In this document: positions 52,220-61,987 of the stretch, piece by piece
Position numbering within the stretch: the first letter of the stretch is position 1
How the letters are laid out: each line of letters starts with the position of its first letter
DNA from: Clostridiales bacterium
GTDB lineage: Bacteria > Bacillota > Clostridia > Christensenellales > UBA1242
DNA: 64,000 nucleotides
Direction: 5' to 3'
Assembly: GCA_015055665.1 (NCBI GenBank)
Contig: SVHX01000001.1
Coordinates: forward strand, 135,365-199,364
Program-made: the position numbers and the translations under genes
The notes under the pieces: generated by a model
Told to the model about the DNA's origin: nothing
The model's input: the letters and a program-made list of their open reading frames with translations, nothing else
The model's database searches: none

Positions 52220-52454
52220 TATAATTCCTCTTTTAATTTCATATTATTATATAAGAAAATCTAGATTTTAGCAATAATTTTTAGGAATTGATTTTCATTT
52301 TATAGCAAAAATTAATAAAATCAAAAAAATTAGGTTATTTTACTTTTGAATTACGACAACTTTTGATAGAATATTAGTAGTGTAAGAATTATAAATACGC
52401 AAATATTATAAAATTTCCACTTTGCACTCTTGCAAAAGTATAAGGATTGTATAT

Positions 52455-53309
52455 ATGAAAATTATTGAAAACAAATTTAATTTTGAAGAATACAAGAATA
52501 AGATTGACGATCTAATATCCAGCAAACAACTCAAAAAATTCCGTCTTCAAGACGATTACTTTGATATATGTAATAACTTCTGGATAATAGACAAATACAT
52601 AGCAAGCGATGGAGTATTTGAAGATGGCATGACACCTAATACACTCTCATCCTATAAGGCTTGCATCAATGCAGACTATGCTATATCCATACCTGTTCAA
52701 ATGTTAGATGACGAAAGTATAGTATGCTTTTCTCATAAAAACATATCTAAAGTTTTGCCTACCGAGAGCGGATATTTGAAGACTATGAGCCTAGAACAAG
52801 TCAAAGGTCTTCAACTCAATGATAAGAAGGAAACTATCCCAACGCTAGAAGAAGCACTTGATTGTATAGAAGGCAAAACCCCTATTGTAATAGAAATAAT
52901 TAACGATGGCCTAGTAGACAAGTTTGAGAACAAAGTTATAACACTAATAAAAAAATATACAGACAAACATAACTGCCATAATCTTGTAGCCGTAATGAGC
53001 ATTAACCCATATACCCTTGAGCATTTCTTAGATAATTATCCTTATATTACAAGAATCCTCAAGAGTGGCGACTTCACCGAGAAAATGTATGGCTCAATCA
53101 AATCAAACAAGCTAAAAAAGCTTAAACTATATAAAATTACACTAGCAGATTTTATCAGTTATTCTCATAATATGCTACCATGTATCGCAGTAGAAAAGCA
53201 CAAACCAGTAGGAGTTATCGCACATGGAGTAACCACTCAGAACGAATACATCTCGGTGGCGGAACATTGCGATAATATAATATTTAGAAATTTCAAACCA
53301 ACAATCTAA
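52455..53309 (+). CDS. glycerophosphodiester-phosphodiesterase-like protein with apparently degenerate catalytic motifs
   Basis: About 284 aa from ATG 52455. IASDGVFEDGMTPNTLSSYKACI...IPTLEEALDCI...IVIEI parallels the GDPD pattern IAHRG...ENTL...IPTLEEVL...IE[IL]K. However, H, R and E are replaced (SDG for HRG, PNT for ENT). Confidence 0.5.
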   Translation: MKIIENKFNFEEYKNKIDDLISSKQLKKFRLQDDYFDICNNFWIIDKYIASDGVFEDGMTPNTLSSYKACINADYAISIPVQMLDDESIVCFSHKNISKVLPTESGYLKTMSLEQVKGLQLNDKKETIPTLEEALDCIEGKTPIVIEIINDGLVDKFENKVITLIKKYTDKHNCHNLVAVMSINPYTLEHFLDNYPYITRILKSGDFTEKMYGSIKSNKLKKLKLYKITLADFISYSHNMLPCIAVEKHKPVGVIAHGVTTQNEYISVAEHCDNIIFRNFKPTI

Positions 53310-53320
53310 GGATAATAATA

Positions 53321-53899
53321 ATGGCAACATACAACAAAGACATAATAATAATCGAAGGCCCTAGCGGAGTTGGCAAGGATACTATCATAGACGAGATAAT
53401 TAGACGTTACCCCAATATCTTCGAACGCCCTATCAATGCCACAACTAGGGAAATGCGAGAGAACGAATCTCAAGGCCACCCATACCTATTCATGACCGAA
53501 GAAGAGTTTATGAACCTTCGCAAGTCTGGCGAAATCTTCGAACACACAATAAGACATGGCACTTATCGTGGCATGAGAAAGAGTAACTTCGAAGAAATCC
53601 ACAACAAAGATATGATCGCTATTCGCGATTGCGACAAATTCGGACTTAGTGCCCTTAAGGAAGAATTTGGCGACAGAGTTCTAGGAATATTCTTAACTGT
53701 AGACAAAGAAGTTATTGAGAATCGACTACGTGGCAGAAATGAACCTGAAGAAAGCCTGCGTAACCGCCTACTCGACTACGATATCTGCGTAAAAGATGCT
53801 TATTTCTTCGATTACGTTATCGAAAATGTAGAAATCAATAGCACAATTGACCAAATCTTATATATTATCAATAAATACAACAAAACATCCATAAATTAA
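53321..53899 (+). CDS. gmk: guanylate kinase-like protein (divergent)
   Basis: 192 aa. GPSGVGKDT P-loop, ATTR...Y.F and E....G.Y.G blocks. It is not next to rpoZ, where gmk normally sits. Confidence 0.6.
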   Translation: MATYNKDIIIIEGPSGVGKDTIIDEIIRRYPNIFERPINATTREMRENESQGHPYLFMTEEEFMNLRKSGEIFEHTIRHGTYRGMRKSNFEEIHNKDMIAIRDCDKFGLSALKEEFGDRVLGIFLTVDKEVIENRLRGRNEPEESLRNRLLDYDICVKDAYFFDYVIENVEINSTIDQILYIINKYNKTSIN

Positions 53900-54018
53900 T
53901 AACATTTGCCCTCAAATATCGCGTGTTTGAGGCGTTTTTTATTAATTTCCCTTTACCTATTGAAAAACAGCAAATTATATGTTATAATTATATTGTATTC
54001 TAAACGGAGGGATATAAT

Positions 54019-54729
54019 ATGATAGACAATAGAGAACAACTTGAATTAGATTTTTCTCAAGCTTTAAACTCTCAACAATCAAGTTTCTATTCTGACTACA
54101 TGAAGGAACTTCTGACCAAAGAATTACAAGGGCTGCTAGACCTTAGCTTAATGGAAGGAAATAATATTAGTAGCATTGATGACATTGTTACATTGTCAGA
54201 CAATTCGGTAGTATTTAAGGATCAAACCAAAAGACGAATAACAATTACAAGCGTTACAAAAAGAAATAATAACGACAACGAAATTTATGTCAACAATTAC
54301 TCTTGCAATATACCAAGATCATCACACGAATTAGCAGTATTAAAGAATACAATCTCTAGACACCCTGCTGATTTAACCAACACCAAGTATAACGAACTAA
54401 CATTTAATACAATATTACCAAGTCACACCTTGATGACCGATTTGGATCCAGAATTAATATGGTTTGTCATTTTCCGTAGCATCAAACTTGGAGAACCATT
54501 AACACTAAAGAAATCTCATAGCTGGAAAAATATAGGTTTCTCCCAAGGCGAATTTGTATACGGAGATATCAGCAACCCATATAGCAACGACACTAGAGAG
54601 TTCGTTCCTCATGACAACGCACCAATAAGTACCGAAGACAAGGAAGAAATTGCTCGATTTATCCAGAACGGCATAGATTCGTCAAATATGTTGTCCAGCA
54701 CTGACACACCAGAATTAGTTGACGAATAA
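54019..54729 (+). CDS. hypothetical protein (236 aa)
   Basis: GGAGGGA RBS. No recognised motif. Confidence 0.6.
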   Translation: MIDNREQLELDFSQALNSQQSSFYSDYMKELLTKELQGLLDLSLMEGNNISSIDDIVTLSDNSVVFKDQTKRRITITSVTKRNNNDNEIYVNNYSCNIPRSSHELAVLKNTISRHPADLTNTKYNELTFNTILPSHTLMTDLDPELIWFVIFRSIKLGEPLTLKKSHSWKNIGFSQGEFVYGDISNPYSNDTREFVPHDNAPISTEDKEEIARFIQNGIDSSNMLSSTDTPELVDE

Positions 54730-54763
54730 CATATATAACTAATTATTCAATAATAAACACAAA

Positions 54764-54810
54764 CAAAAAAACAACCTTTTACACTTATAAAACGTAAAAG
54801 GTTGTTTTTT
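54764..54810. terminator. bidirectional intrinsic terminator
   Basis: AACCTTTTA-N12-TAAAAGGTT flanked by A7 and T6. Confidence 0.7.
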
Positions 54811-54814
54811 GTTA

Positions 54815-54975
54815 CTAATTAGATTTATTCTCTCCCGCATTGGAAGCTATCATTTTGTCATATTTACCAGCCTTGTCAACAAGCATTGTATATTCTTACT
54901 TAGATACTCTTACAAAATCTCTATCACTATTATTTATGATTAATTCAGAATTTTCTGCCCATAATCCTTTAATAC
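54815..54975 (-). pseudogene. remnant of a paralog of the C-terminus of the 55660-56325 membrane protein (in-frame TAA)
   Basis: Minus-strand translation ...DFVRVSK*EYTMLVDKAGKYDKMIASNAGENKSN* aligns with the end of the neighbour, ...NYVKITKEEYAMLVDKASKYDKLMANSNNNTEK*. At DNA level about 50 nt are roughly 85-90% identical (TTTGTCATATTTaCcAGCCTTGTCAACaAgCATTGtATATTCTT). There is no start codon or RBS. Confidence 0.6.
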
Positions 54976-54996
54976 AAATTTTTGCCTGCTCGATTT

Positions 54997-55488
54997 TTAC
55001 ATGGTTATTTCACTTTCATCTTGAGACCCACTCATTTCTGCTAAGATATCTTCAGTTTCCTTATTATATTTTTCTATTGCTCTTCCTGCGCTTTTATATC
55101 TAGATTCAAGCTTTTTACGACCCCGTGCTCTAAGCTCTATAAATGCTTGTAAATATTGATCTCCACAAGCTTTATGCATGAATTTCATCCATTCTGTTGT
55201 AACAACCGTTGGATGGCATTGATAAAAACTAGCTCTACCTTTTTTCGTATCATCTGAGTATGAAATAGAAAAATCGTCCAACCATATCTTCATATCATGT
55301 GTCCACCCATCACTACTGTAGCTACCATCTATATAAAACACTCCACTACCATGACTATTAATTTTAAATTGGCAGACATCTTTCCAGCCTCTATATTCTT
55401 CGGCAACCATTTCATCTATTTTGCAAATATTTCCAACTGCCTTTTTTACCAATTCAGGATTTTGTTCTAATAACTTTTCAATAAACAT
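54997..55488 (-). CDS. hypothetical protein (163 aa)
   Basis: ATG 55488 with a GGAGG RBS and its own consensus promoter. No recognised motif. Confidence 0.6.
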   Translation of the reverse strand: MFIEKLLEQNPELVKKAVGNICKIDEMVAEEYRGWKDVCQFKINSHGSGVFYIDGSYSSDGWTHDMKIWLDDFSISYSDDTKKGRASFYQCHPTVVTTEWMKFMHKACGDQYLQAFIELRARGRKKLESRYKSAGRAIEKYNKETEDILAEMSGSQDESEITM

Positions 55489-55513
55489 ATTTACCTCCAA
55501 AAAGTTTTAAAAC

Positions 55514-55541
55514 ATTATATCATATATTTACGATTTGTCAA
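55514..55541 (-). promoter_or_regulatory. consensus sigma-A promoter of the 163-aa orphan gene
   Basis: Minus strand TTGACA (55536-55541), 16 nt, then TATAAT (55514-55519). Confidence 0.6.
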
Positions 55542-55599
55542 GATATGAATTAATTTTTTATTTACCAATACAAGCTAACCTAGCAAGTTGTTTTTTGAA

Positions 55600-55637
55600 A
55601 CAAAATCCCTACCAAGATTATCTTGATAGGGATTTTT
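55600..55637 (-). terminator. intrinsic terminator after the 221-aa membrane protein gene
   Basis: 14-bp stem AATCCCTACCAAGA/TCTTGATAGGGATT (one mismatch) with flanking runs. Confidence 0.65.
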
Positions 55638-55659
55638 ATATAGATAATAAATTCAAGCA

Positions 55660-56325
55660 TTATTTTTCAGTATTATTATTTGAATTGGCCATTAATTTGT
55701 CATATTTGCTAGCCTTGTCAACTAACATTGCATATTCTTCTTTGGTAATCTTAACGTAATTCTTGTCATTTTCAACAGCATCAGAAACGCCCTTCTTTGC
55801 AAATACTTTAAGAATTACCACACCAACAATTGATAAGATTATTAGAGTCATAAACCAAGCAATAATTTTGCCTAAATCAATCGCTCCAAATATTCCTAAT
55901 GTAGCAAGCAAATCAGTAAGACCAACAACAACATATACAATAATCTGCCATACAAGCTTGCTCTTACCAAGAGATAATCCACTAGATACTATAATGTTAA
56001 ATAAGATAGATAGTAAGCCTAACGACAAAGTAATATCAAGCATCACTCCTTCTGCAAGATCTAACCAACATCCAAATATTATTAGTACTACAGATCCTGC
56101 TATTAATCCAAGCGACACATATCCAAGTACTTTATTCTTAGGAATCATGTTAAGACTATTAATAGCAAAGAACCCACCAACAGATAGACATGCAAACGTA
56201 ATCAATACATTAAGCAAACTATCTCCAAACAACTGAACATCGAAAAGTAAGAATATAAGCAATAACGAAACTATACAAGTAGCAACAATGGTAGTAATTG
56301 TTAAGATTTTCTTAGCCAACTTCAT
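55660..56325 (-). CDS. hypothetical polytopic membrane protein with a short cytosolic C-terminal helix
   Basis: 221 aa with 5-6 hydrophobic segments. C-terminal KITKEEYAMLVDKASKYDKL. Confidence 0.65.
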   Translation of the reverse strand: MKLAKKILTITTIVATCIVSLLLIFLLFDVQLFGDSLLNVLITFACLSVGGFFAINSLNMIPKNKVLGYVSLGLIAGSVVLIIFGCWLDLAEGVMLDITLSLGLLSILFNIIVSSGLSLGKSKLVWQIIVYVVVGLTDLLATLGIFGAIDLGKIIAWFMTLIILSIVGVVILKVFAKKGVSDAVENDKNYVKITKEEYAMLVDKASKYDKLMANSNNNTEK

Positions 56326-56459
56326 AACGCACCTCTTTTACTAGCTTTTCTATATTTTATCACGAATAATATATTTTTAACAACTAAATAAGCAACTTTT
56401 TCAAAATTTGCATGAAAATTTAAACATATTCCCATCCTACCTAAAACATATTTTTTACA

Positions 56460-56496
56460 CAAAAAAACCTACTAGGTTTCCCTAATAGGTTTAATT
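56460..56496 (-). terminator. intrinsic terminator after the large lipoprotein gene
   Basis: AAACCTACTAGG/CCTAATAGGTTT stem followed by T7 on the minus strand, 2 nt after the stop. Confidence 0.65.
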
Positions 56497-56497
56497 T

Positions 56498-59400
56498 TTA
56501 TTCTGCAATAACATATGTAAGATTTGTGTAATATGGTAATACTAATTGTAAATTAGGATTATTTAATTCATTCATAGGAACTGTAACGGTATCGCCAGAG
56601 CCATCGGTTGCTGTTAATGTAACATTTTCATCATACTCTAACATATAGATAAATTGCCTTAACATAAATCCGACAACAGAAGCTCCAATTTCACCATTAT
56701 CATATACATAAATTTTACCTTGTGGGTAATTATTTCCTTCCTTCATCAACCAAAACTCAGTGTAACCATTAAGAACATGTGGCTTCAATGTATAAGTTTG
56801 AATAGGTTCAGAAAAGGTTGTATCTGAACTATCATATGTTGTAACAGTTGTTCCATCTTCTGAAAATTTGAAAATTGGATTATTTGCTAAAACAAACTCT
56901 CTATAAACACTTTTTAATGCTGTTTTTGCACCTTCAACTGAACTTATCTCAGTTACACCTGTTATTTCTTTCATCAAGTCAGTATTGTAATATGCATCAA
57001 TAAATTCGCCTAATGTCATTTCAACACTATAATCTTTATTTCCATCATTATAAGTAGATGAGAAAGATTTATATTCTATCCAATCCAAATCAGCAATTTG
57101 ACCAATTACCAATGTTTCACCTGATAAATCTGCTGGTTCTGCTGTATAGAATCTTATTCCGTATCCAGTATTATGAGCAACACCATCAATAGCATCATCA
57201 CCGGAATCCTGTATAAACCACTCCATACCATCGTTAGCTGTAAAGATTATTCTCATATCATATACAAAATCATTAAATGTTGTTTCGGCTGTAAGTTTTT
57301 CATAACTACTATTTGAATATCTTATTGCCCAAGAAAATGTTCCAAATTCGCTTGTAGGCAAATTAGGAAGATAAGCTACCTCACTAAATTTTTGACCTTT
57401 TGCGAATAACAATCCACCATACTCATATGTGTCTGATTGTTCTACATAATTATCAAGTTCAAATAATGTTCCAACATAGTCATCAAGTTCAAAATATTGT
57501 TTTGGGAAAACTTGCATAGGTATATACAATACAAAATCTTCATAACATTCATCACCTGGTTTTGTAATCTTAATACAGAAAATTCCAAGTGGACTTGTTT
57601 CTGTATTTTCATCAACTTCAAAGGTAATAATATTATCTTTAAATGTTCCTTTACCTGTTGTTACAGTTTCAGTATTAGGAATTGAATTAACAACTTCTAA
57701 AATAATAGGAGATTCTGAACCATAATAATAACTATCATTATCATACTGCTTTTCCATAATAACTTTGCTTAGGTCAACAGTTTTATCGCTTCTTACTATA
57801 ACATCTATGTCATCAGATTCTTCAAGTGTAGTGTCATTGTGGTCTACAATACAAGGATTTTGCTCTGTTTTAAGAATTTCAAATAAGAATACTCTAGCAC
57901 CTGTACTTAAATCATCTTCCCAAATTGTGCTTTTTCGATTTTCTAAATCATACATAACAACATAGATGCCTGGTGTATGAGTTTGTTTCCAATCATCTGG
58001 TATAACATCATTTCTTGTATAAGAGTCTTTTTCGCCTTGTCTAATCTTTTCTATTAAGTCAGATTTATCTAACTGACCAGCCCTATACGATTCAACTTCT
58101 GCATCAGTTAATTTATAGTGATAAGAAGCAACACCATCTTCTAAATTGTGAATATAGAAGTCATAATTTCCATTTGCCTTATAACTAAGCTGAACAGGAC
58201 AATTAAATTGTTCATAGCATTTATTGTCTTCTTCGCCATAATAAGGAACACCAATTTGTTTATATTTTATTCTATAATTAAAACTAATATCTGATGAAGA
58301 AACTTTGTTATTATCATCATAATTTACCCATGCATGATTTGGATTCTTTAATCTTAAATATCCTTGATGATAACCTACTTCTGTTTCATCTGCATTGATA
58401 AATTCAAACAAATCAATATTATTGTATAGATTAAATGAGTCTTTTATTTCGTGAACAAAACTTCCACCTCTATAAGTAAATTCAAAACTATTATGACCAA
58501 CAACAATACCTTCATATGCAATATGCTCAGCTTGTGGAGTATGTTCAAGAACCCATTTGTTTAATGTAATATAAGTTTTAAATATTTTAGAACAATCATA
58601 ATGGGATTCATAAGTTGAATTTACATCTTCACTAACCATATAGTTAACAGGAATTTTAATTGAAGTTCCATCAATATATGACTGAATTTTTGTATATTCA
58701 ACATATTCAATTACTTCATCACCTGTTAAAGCTTCACCTCTTGTTCCATCAGTGTTAACTTTATACCAACCACTACCGTAATAATCAACTAATACATACT
58801 TATCAAGCTCTTTTATAGCATTAACCTTTAATGTATCAAAACTTGATTCAAAATCTACAACACCCCATTCAGAGCCATTATAAGCATAAAAATCAACTTC
58901 TGTAATGTGATTTACTAAATCAATTTCATAGTCGATACAATTATAAAAGGCACTTTCATAACTAAAATTACCAGAATCTTTTGAAAAATTATGTTCATAA
59001 GGATGAGCGTTTTGTTCAATTACGGCATCAACAATATTTATTGTAGCATAATTATAAATATAACCTTCTTCGCCATATTTATAATAATCTGAATCTGACA
59101 TCCACGCAAAGACATAATATGTGCCAGGTTCTTCTTCTAATGCTTCCCAGGTAGATGCTGACAATTGTTGAATATATTCTTTCTTTGCTTGTTCTGTTTC
59201 TAATGCATCATAGACGCTACGTTCAACATGATAGAAAAACTCAATTCCACTATATCCTTCTTCAACGCCTGAAAGCACTAGTTTGTATTGAGCGTCTGGA
59301 TTTGCCTCGTCATAATTTCTACTATTATAATGCCACTGTATTGTTGCATTACTAGTAGTTCCACCGTAAGGAGTTTGAATTTGAACACGAGTATTTGGGT

Positions 59401-59812
59401 ATTGACTTTTTCCTATATTAACATAAAACAACAAATTTGCATTATCATTTGTTAATCGAAATGTATACCCAGTAGGTAAATCATTAACCGTTGTTCTTTC
59501 TGTCCAGAAATTAGGCAATGTTGTTTGTTCTTCACTATTCTCATCATACCAAGAAACGCTTAACTCAAAATCCGTGATAGGAACAAATGCATTTTTACTA
59601 GAATCCGACCAATCACTTTTTATACGAATATCATCAGCAGTAATTGCATTATTACCATAGACAGTCTCAAAATAAGTCGTTTCTTCGCCTTTGATATATA
59701 AGGTATAACCATTTAATGTTGGTTCAGTTTCACTACCACAAGCACTAAATAAAAATGCACATGGTAAAATAAAACATAAAGATAACATAAATGTTAGAAT
59801 TTTCTTTTTCAT
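56498..59812 (-). CDS. large predicted surface lipoprotein (1104 aa), function unknown
   Basis: Signal peptide MKKKILTFMLSLCFILPCAFLFSAC-GSE with a lipobox-like FSAC. The remainder is acidic and Y/N/T-rich, with recurring PGxYxV-type beta-sandwich-like strands. No recognised catalytic motif. Confidence 0.7.
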   Translation of the reverse strand: MKKKILTFMLSLCFILPCAFLFSACGSETEPTLNGYTLYIKGEETTYFETVYGNNAITADDIRIKSDWSDSSKNAFVPITDFELSVSWYDENSEEQTTLPNFWTERTTVNDLPTGYTFRLTNDNANLLFYVNIGKSQYPNTRVQIQTPYGGTTSNATIQWHYNSRNYDEANPDAQYKLVLSGVEEGYSGIEFFYHVERSVYDALETEQAKKEYIQQLSASTWEALEEEPGTYYVFAWMSDSDYYKYGEEGYIYNYATINIVDAVIEQNAHPYEHNFSKDSGNFSYESAFYNCIDYEIDLVNHITEVDFYAYNGSEWGVVDFESSFDTLKVNAIKELDKYVLVDYYGSGWYKVNTDGTRGEALTGDEVIEYVEYTKIQSYIDGTSIKIPVNYMVSEDVNSTYESHYDCSKIFKTYITLNKWVLEHTPQAEHIAYEGIVVGHNSFEFTYRGGSFVHEIKDSFNLYNNIDLFEFINADETEVGYHQGYLRLKNPNHAWVNYDDNNKVSSSDISFNYRIKYKQIGVPYYGEEDNKCYEQFNCPVQLSYKANGNYDFYIHNLEDGVASYHYKLTDAEVESYRAGQLDKSDLIEKIRQGEKDSYTRNDVIPDDWKQTHTPGIYVVMYDLENRKSTIWEDDLSTGARVFLFEILKTEQNPCIVDHNDTTLEESDDIDVIVRSDKTVDLSKVIMEKQYDNDSYYYGSESPIILEVVNSIPNTETVTTGKGTFKDNIITFEVDENTETSPLGIFCIKITKPGDECYEDFVLYIPMQVFPKQYFELDDYVGTLFELDNYVEQSDTYEYGGLLFAKGQKFSEVAYLPNLPTSEFGTFSWAIRYSNSSYEKLTAETTFNDFVYDMRIIFTANDGMEWFIQDSGDDAIDGVAHNTGYGIRFYTAEPADLSGETLVIGQIADLDWIEYKSFSSTYNDGNKDYSVEMTLGEFIDAYYNTDLMKEITGVTEISSVEGAKTALKSVYREFVLANNPIFKFSEDGTTVTTYDSSDTTFSEPIQTYTLKPHVLNGYTEFWLMKEGNNYPQGKIYVYDNGEIGASVVGFMLRQFIYMLEYDENVTLTATDGSGDTVTVPMNELNNPNLQLVLPYYTNLTYVIAE

Positions 59813-59853
59813 AAAACCTCCAATTATTAATATTTATTTTGTTTGATACCTTT

Positions 59854-59862
59854 ATTATATCA
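59854..59862 (-). promoter_or_regulatory. extended -10 element upstream of the lipoprotein gene
   Basis: Minus strand TGATATAAT about 40 nt upstream of the GGAGG RBS. Confidence 0.4.
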
Positions 59863-60004
59863 CATTGTTTTTAATTAATATATCAAATTTACTAAATATT
59901 TTTCAATTTTATTATCTACCACAAACACACAATTTACAACAAAAACATATAAAATACAACATAAAATTATTCTATAAAATATAAAAATAAAAAAGAGACT
60001 ATAT

Positions 60005-60286
60005 TTAGCCTCTTATCCCCGACCTATCAATTTTATACTCTCTAATCTCCTCAATGTCATCAATACCATAATAATAGGCGAGCTCTTCAACCATATTCAT
60101 TACATCCGCAATTTCTTCTTTGATTGCATCATTATTAGAAAAACCACCATCAACACCAGCGTACCTCATAGCCTTACACAATTCCTTAGTAAGTTCGCTC
60201 ATCTCCTCAATGCACATACGCATCTGAGATTCAATGCCATACTTTTCTATAAAAGCAGTATAAGCTTCAATAAAATCTTCTCTCAT
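60005..60286 (-). CDS. small MazG-like all-alpha nucleotide pyrophosphohydrolase
   Basis: 93 aa from ATG 60286 (AAGGAG RBS; the track ORF starts at 60340). The pattern EEMSELTKE...EEIADVMNMVEEL resembles the MazG EExxE...ExxD helices. Confidence 0.55.
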   Translation of the reverse strand: MREDFIEAYTAFIEKYGIESQMRMCIEEMSELTKELCKAMRYAGVDGGFSNNDAIKEEIADVMNMVEELAYYYGIDDIEEIREYKIDRSGIRG

Positions 60287-60370
60287 ATAACACTCCTTAA
60301 AAAAAACAATATAGTTAAATAACAACACAATCAACCACAATAACTCAAAAATAGGTTAATCATTAAAACT

Positions 60371-61663
60371 TTACAATTTCTCAAACTTACTTTTTTTACG
60401 AACCAAGCCCTTTTCTCTACCGTTTTCCTTGGGAACATAATAAATTTTGGATTTTAATTCATCAGGCAGATACTGTTGCTTAACATATCCACCGAAGTTG
60501 TGTGGATATTTATACGCACCATGTCCATCCTTATATCCAGTTGGATGATTCTTAAGATGATTAGGAACTCTTGCATTTTTATAAGCTTCGGCATCAGCAC
60601 GAGCACTTGACATTGCTTCATATACAGAATTACTTTTCTCAGCCTCGCAAATATAAATGATTGCATGACTGAGAGTCAAATTACACTCTGGCAACCCAAG
60701 CTTTTCACAAGAAGTAAGGGCAGAAATAGCCATAAGCAGTGCATTACTATCCGCCATGCCTATATCTTCGCTTGCATGAGCTATAAGACGTCTAGCTATA
60801 ACGCAAGGATCGTAGCCAGAAACCAACAATCTCTGACAGTAGAATAACGCTGCATCAGTATCGCTACCCCTTAAACTCTTGCAGAAAGCACTTAACATAT
60901 CGTAGCTAGTATTCTCATCTAGAGCAATATTACCTCTCTGCAGACAATCATCAATAATATCATTAGTAATCACAATCTGACCATCAGAATTCTTATCAGC
61001 AATACTTACCGCAAACTCAAGAGCATTATAACAAGTACGCATATCACCAGAAGAGTTATAAGCCAAATACGACAAAGTCTCGTCATCTATAACAATATCT
61101 ATACCACCAAGACCACGTTCACGATCTTTCAGACATTTATTAAGAGCCTTGACAATATCCTTAACACTAAGTGGTTTAAATTCAAAGACCTTACACCTAC
61201 TAACAATAGCCCTAGTCATACTAATATAAGGATTCTCTGTAGTAGAACCAATAAAAATAATGTACCCCTTTTCAATCGCCTCAAGCACGCAATCACTCTG
61301 AGCCTTAGACCACCTATGACACTCATCAAGCAAAAGATAAGTCCTCGTGCCATAAAGTTCCAGATTACTTTTAGCCTCAGCAATTATCTCCTTAGCATCC
61401 CCAACACCACTACTGACTGCATTTAACTTCTTAAAAACACCATTACAAGCCTCTGCTATTATACCAGCAATTGTAGTCTTGCCACACCCCGGTGGCCCAT
61501 AAAAAATACAAGAACCGATAGCACCAGACCTAATTGCTTTAACAAGAAAACTATTACTTGATATCAAATGCTCTTGGCCAACAAACTCATCAAAATTTCT
61601 TGGACGCATCCTATCTGCAAGAGGCCTAAATTTATATGTAGACTCCTCAAACATATTACTCAT
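60371..61663 (-). CDS. rarA: replication-associated recombination protein A (RarA/MgsA AAA+ ATPase)
   Basis: RPRNFDEFVGQEHL, GPPGCGKTT and LLDECHRW motifs plus a MgsA C-terminal domain. Start placed at ATG 61663 (GGAG RBS); the track ORF starts at 61690. Confidence 0.92.
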   Translation of the reverse strand: MSNMFEESTYKFRPLADRMRPRNFDEFVGQEHLISSNSFLVKAIRSGAIGSCIFYGPPGCGKTTIAGIIAEACNGVFKKLNAVSSGVGDAKEIIAEAKSNLELYGTRTYLLLDECHRWSKAQSDCVLEAIEKGYIIFIGSTTENPYISMTRAIVSRCKVFEFKPLSVKDIVKALNKCLKDRERGLGGIDIVIDDETLSYLAYNSSGDMRTCYNALEFAVSIADKNSDGQIVITNDIIDDCLQRGNIALDENTSYDMLSAFCKSLRGSDTDAALFYCQRLLVSGYDPCVIARRLIAHASEDIGMADSNALLMAISALTSCEKLGLPECNLTLSHAIIYICEAEKSNSVYEAMSSARADAEAYKNARVPNHLKNHPTGYKDGHGAYKYPHNFGGYVKQQYLPDELKSKIYYVPKENGREKGLVRKKSKFEKL

Positions 61664-61939
61664 ATCTAACTCCATATTTTTAAATAACATTAAACACTAA
61701 TATTATATCAAAAACAATAAAAAGAATCAATAATAATACAAGAATAAAATTCAAACTCAAAAAATAAACTTAGTTTGAACAATCAAATTCTCTACTAACT
61801 CTTGTAACATTATATTACATTTGTTTTGTATTAATTTTAGACAATTTTACACTATCAATACAAATAACCGCGATAAGAATTATTGCCATAAACTGCACAC
61901 TATCTTCACACAATACGCAACACTAATGTCACAAACCAC

Positions 61940-61970
61940 AAAAAAATACCACTAAAACATTTAGCGGTAT
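61940..61970 (-). terminator. intrinsic terminator after rnpB
   Basis: ATACCACTAAA/TTTAGCGGTAT stem with a T-run on the minus strand. Confidence 0.6.
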
Positions 61971-61987
61971 TTTTAATAAAATACATT

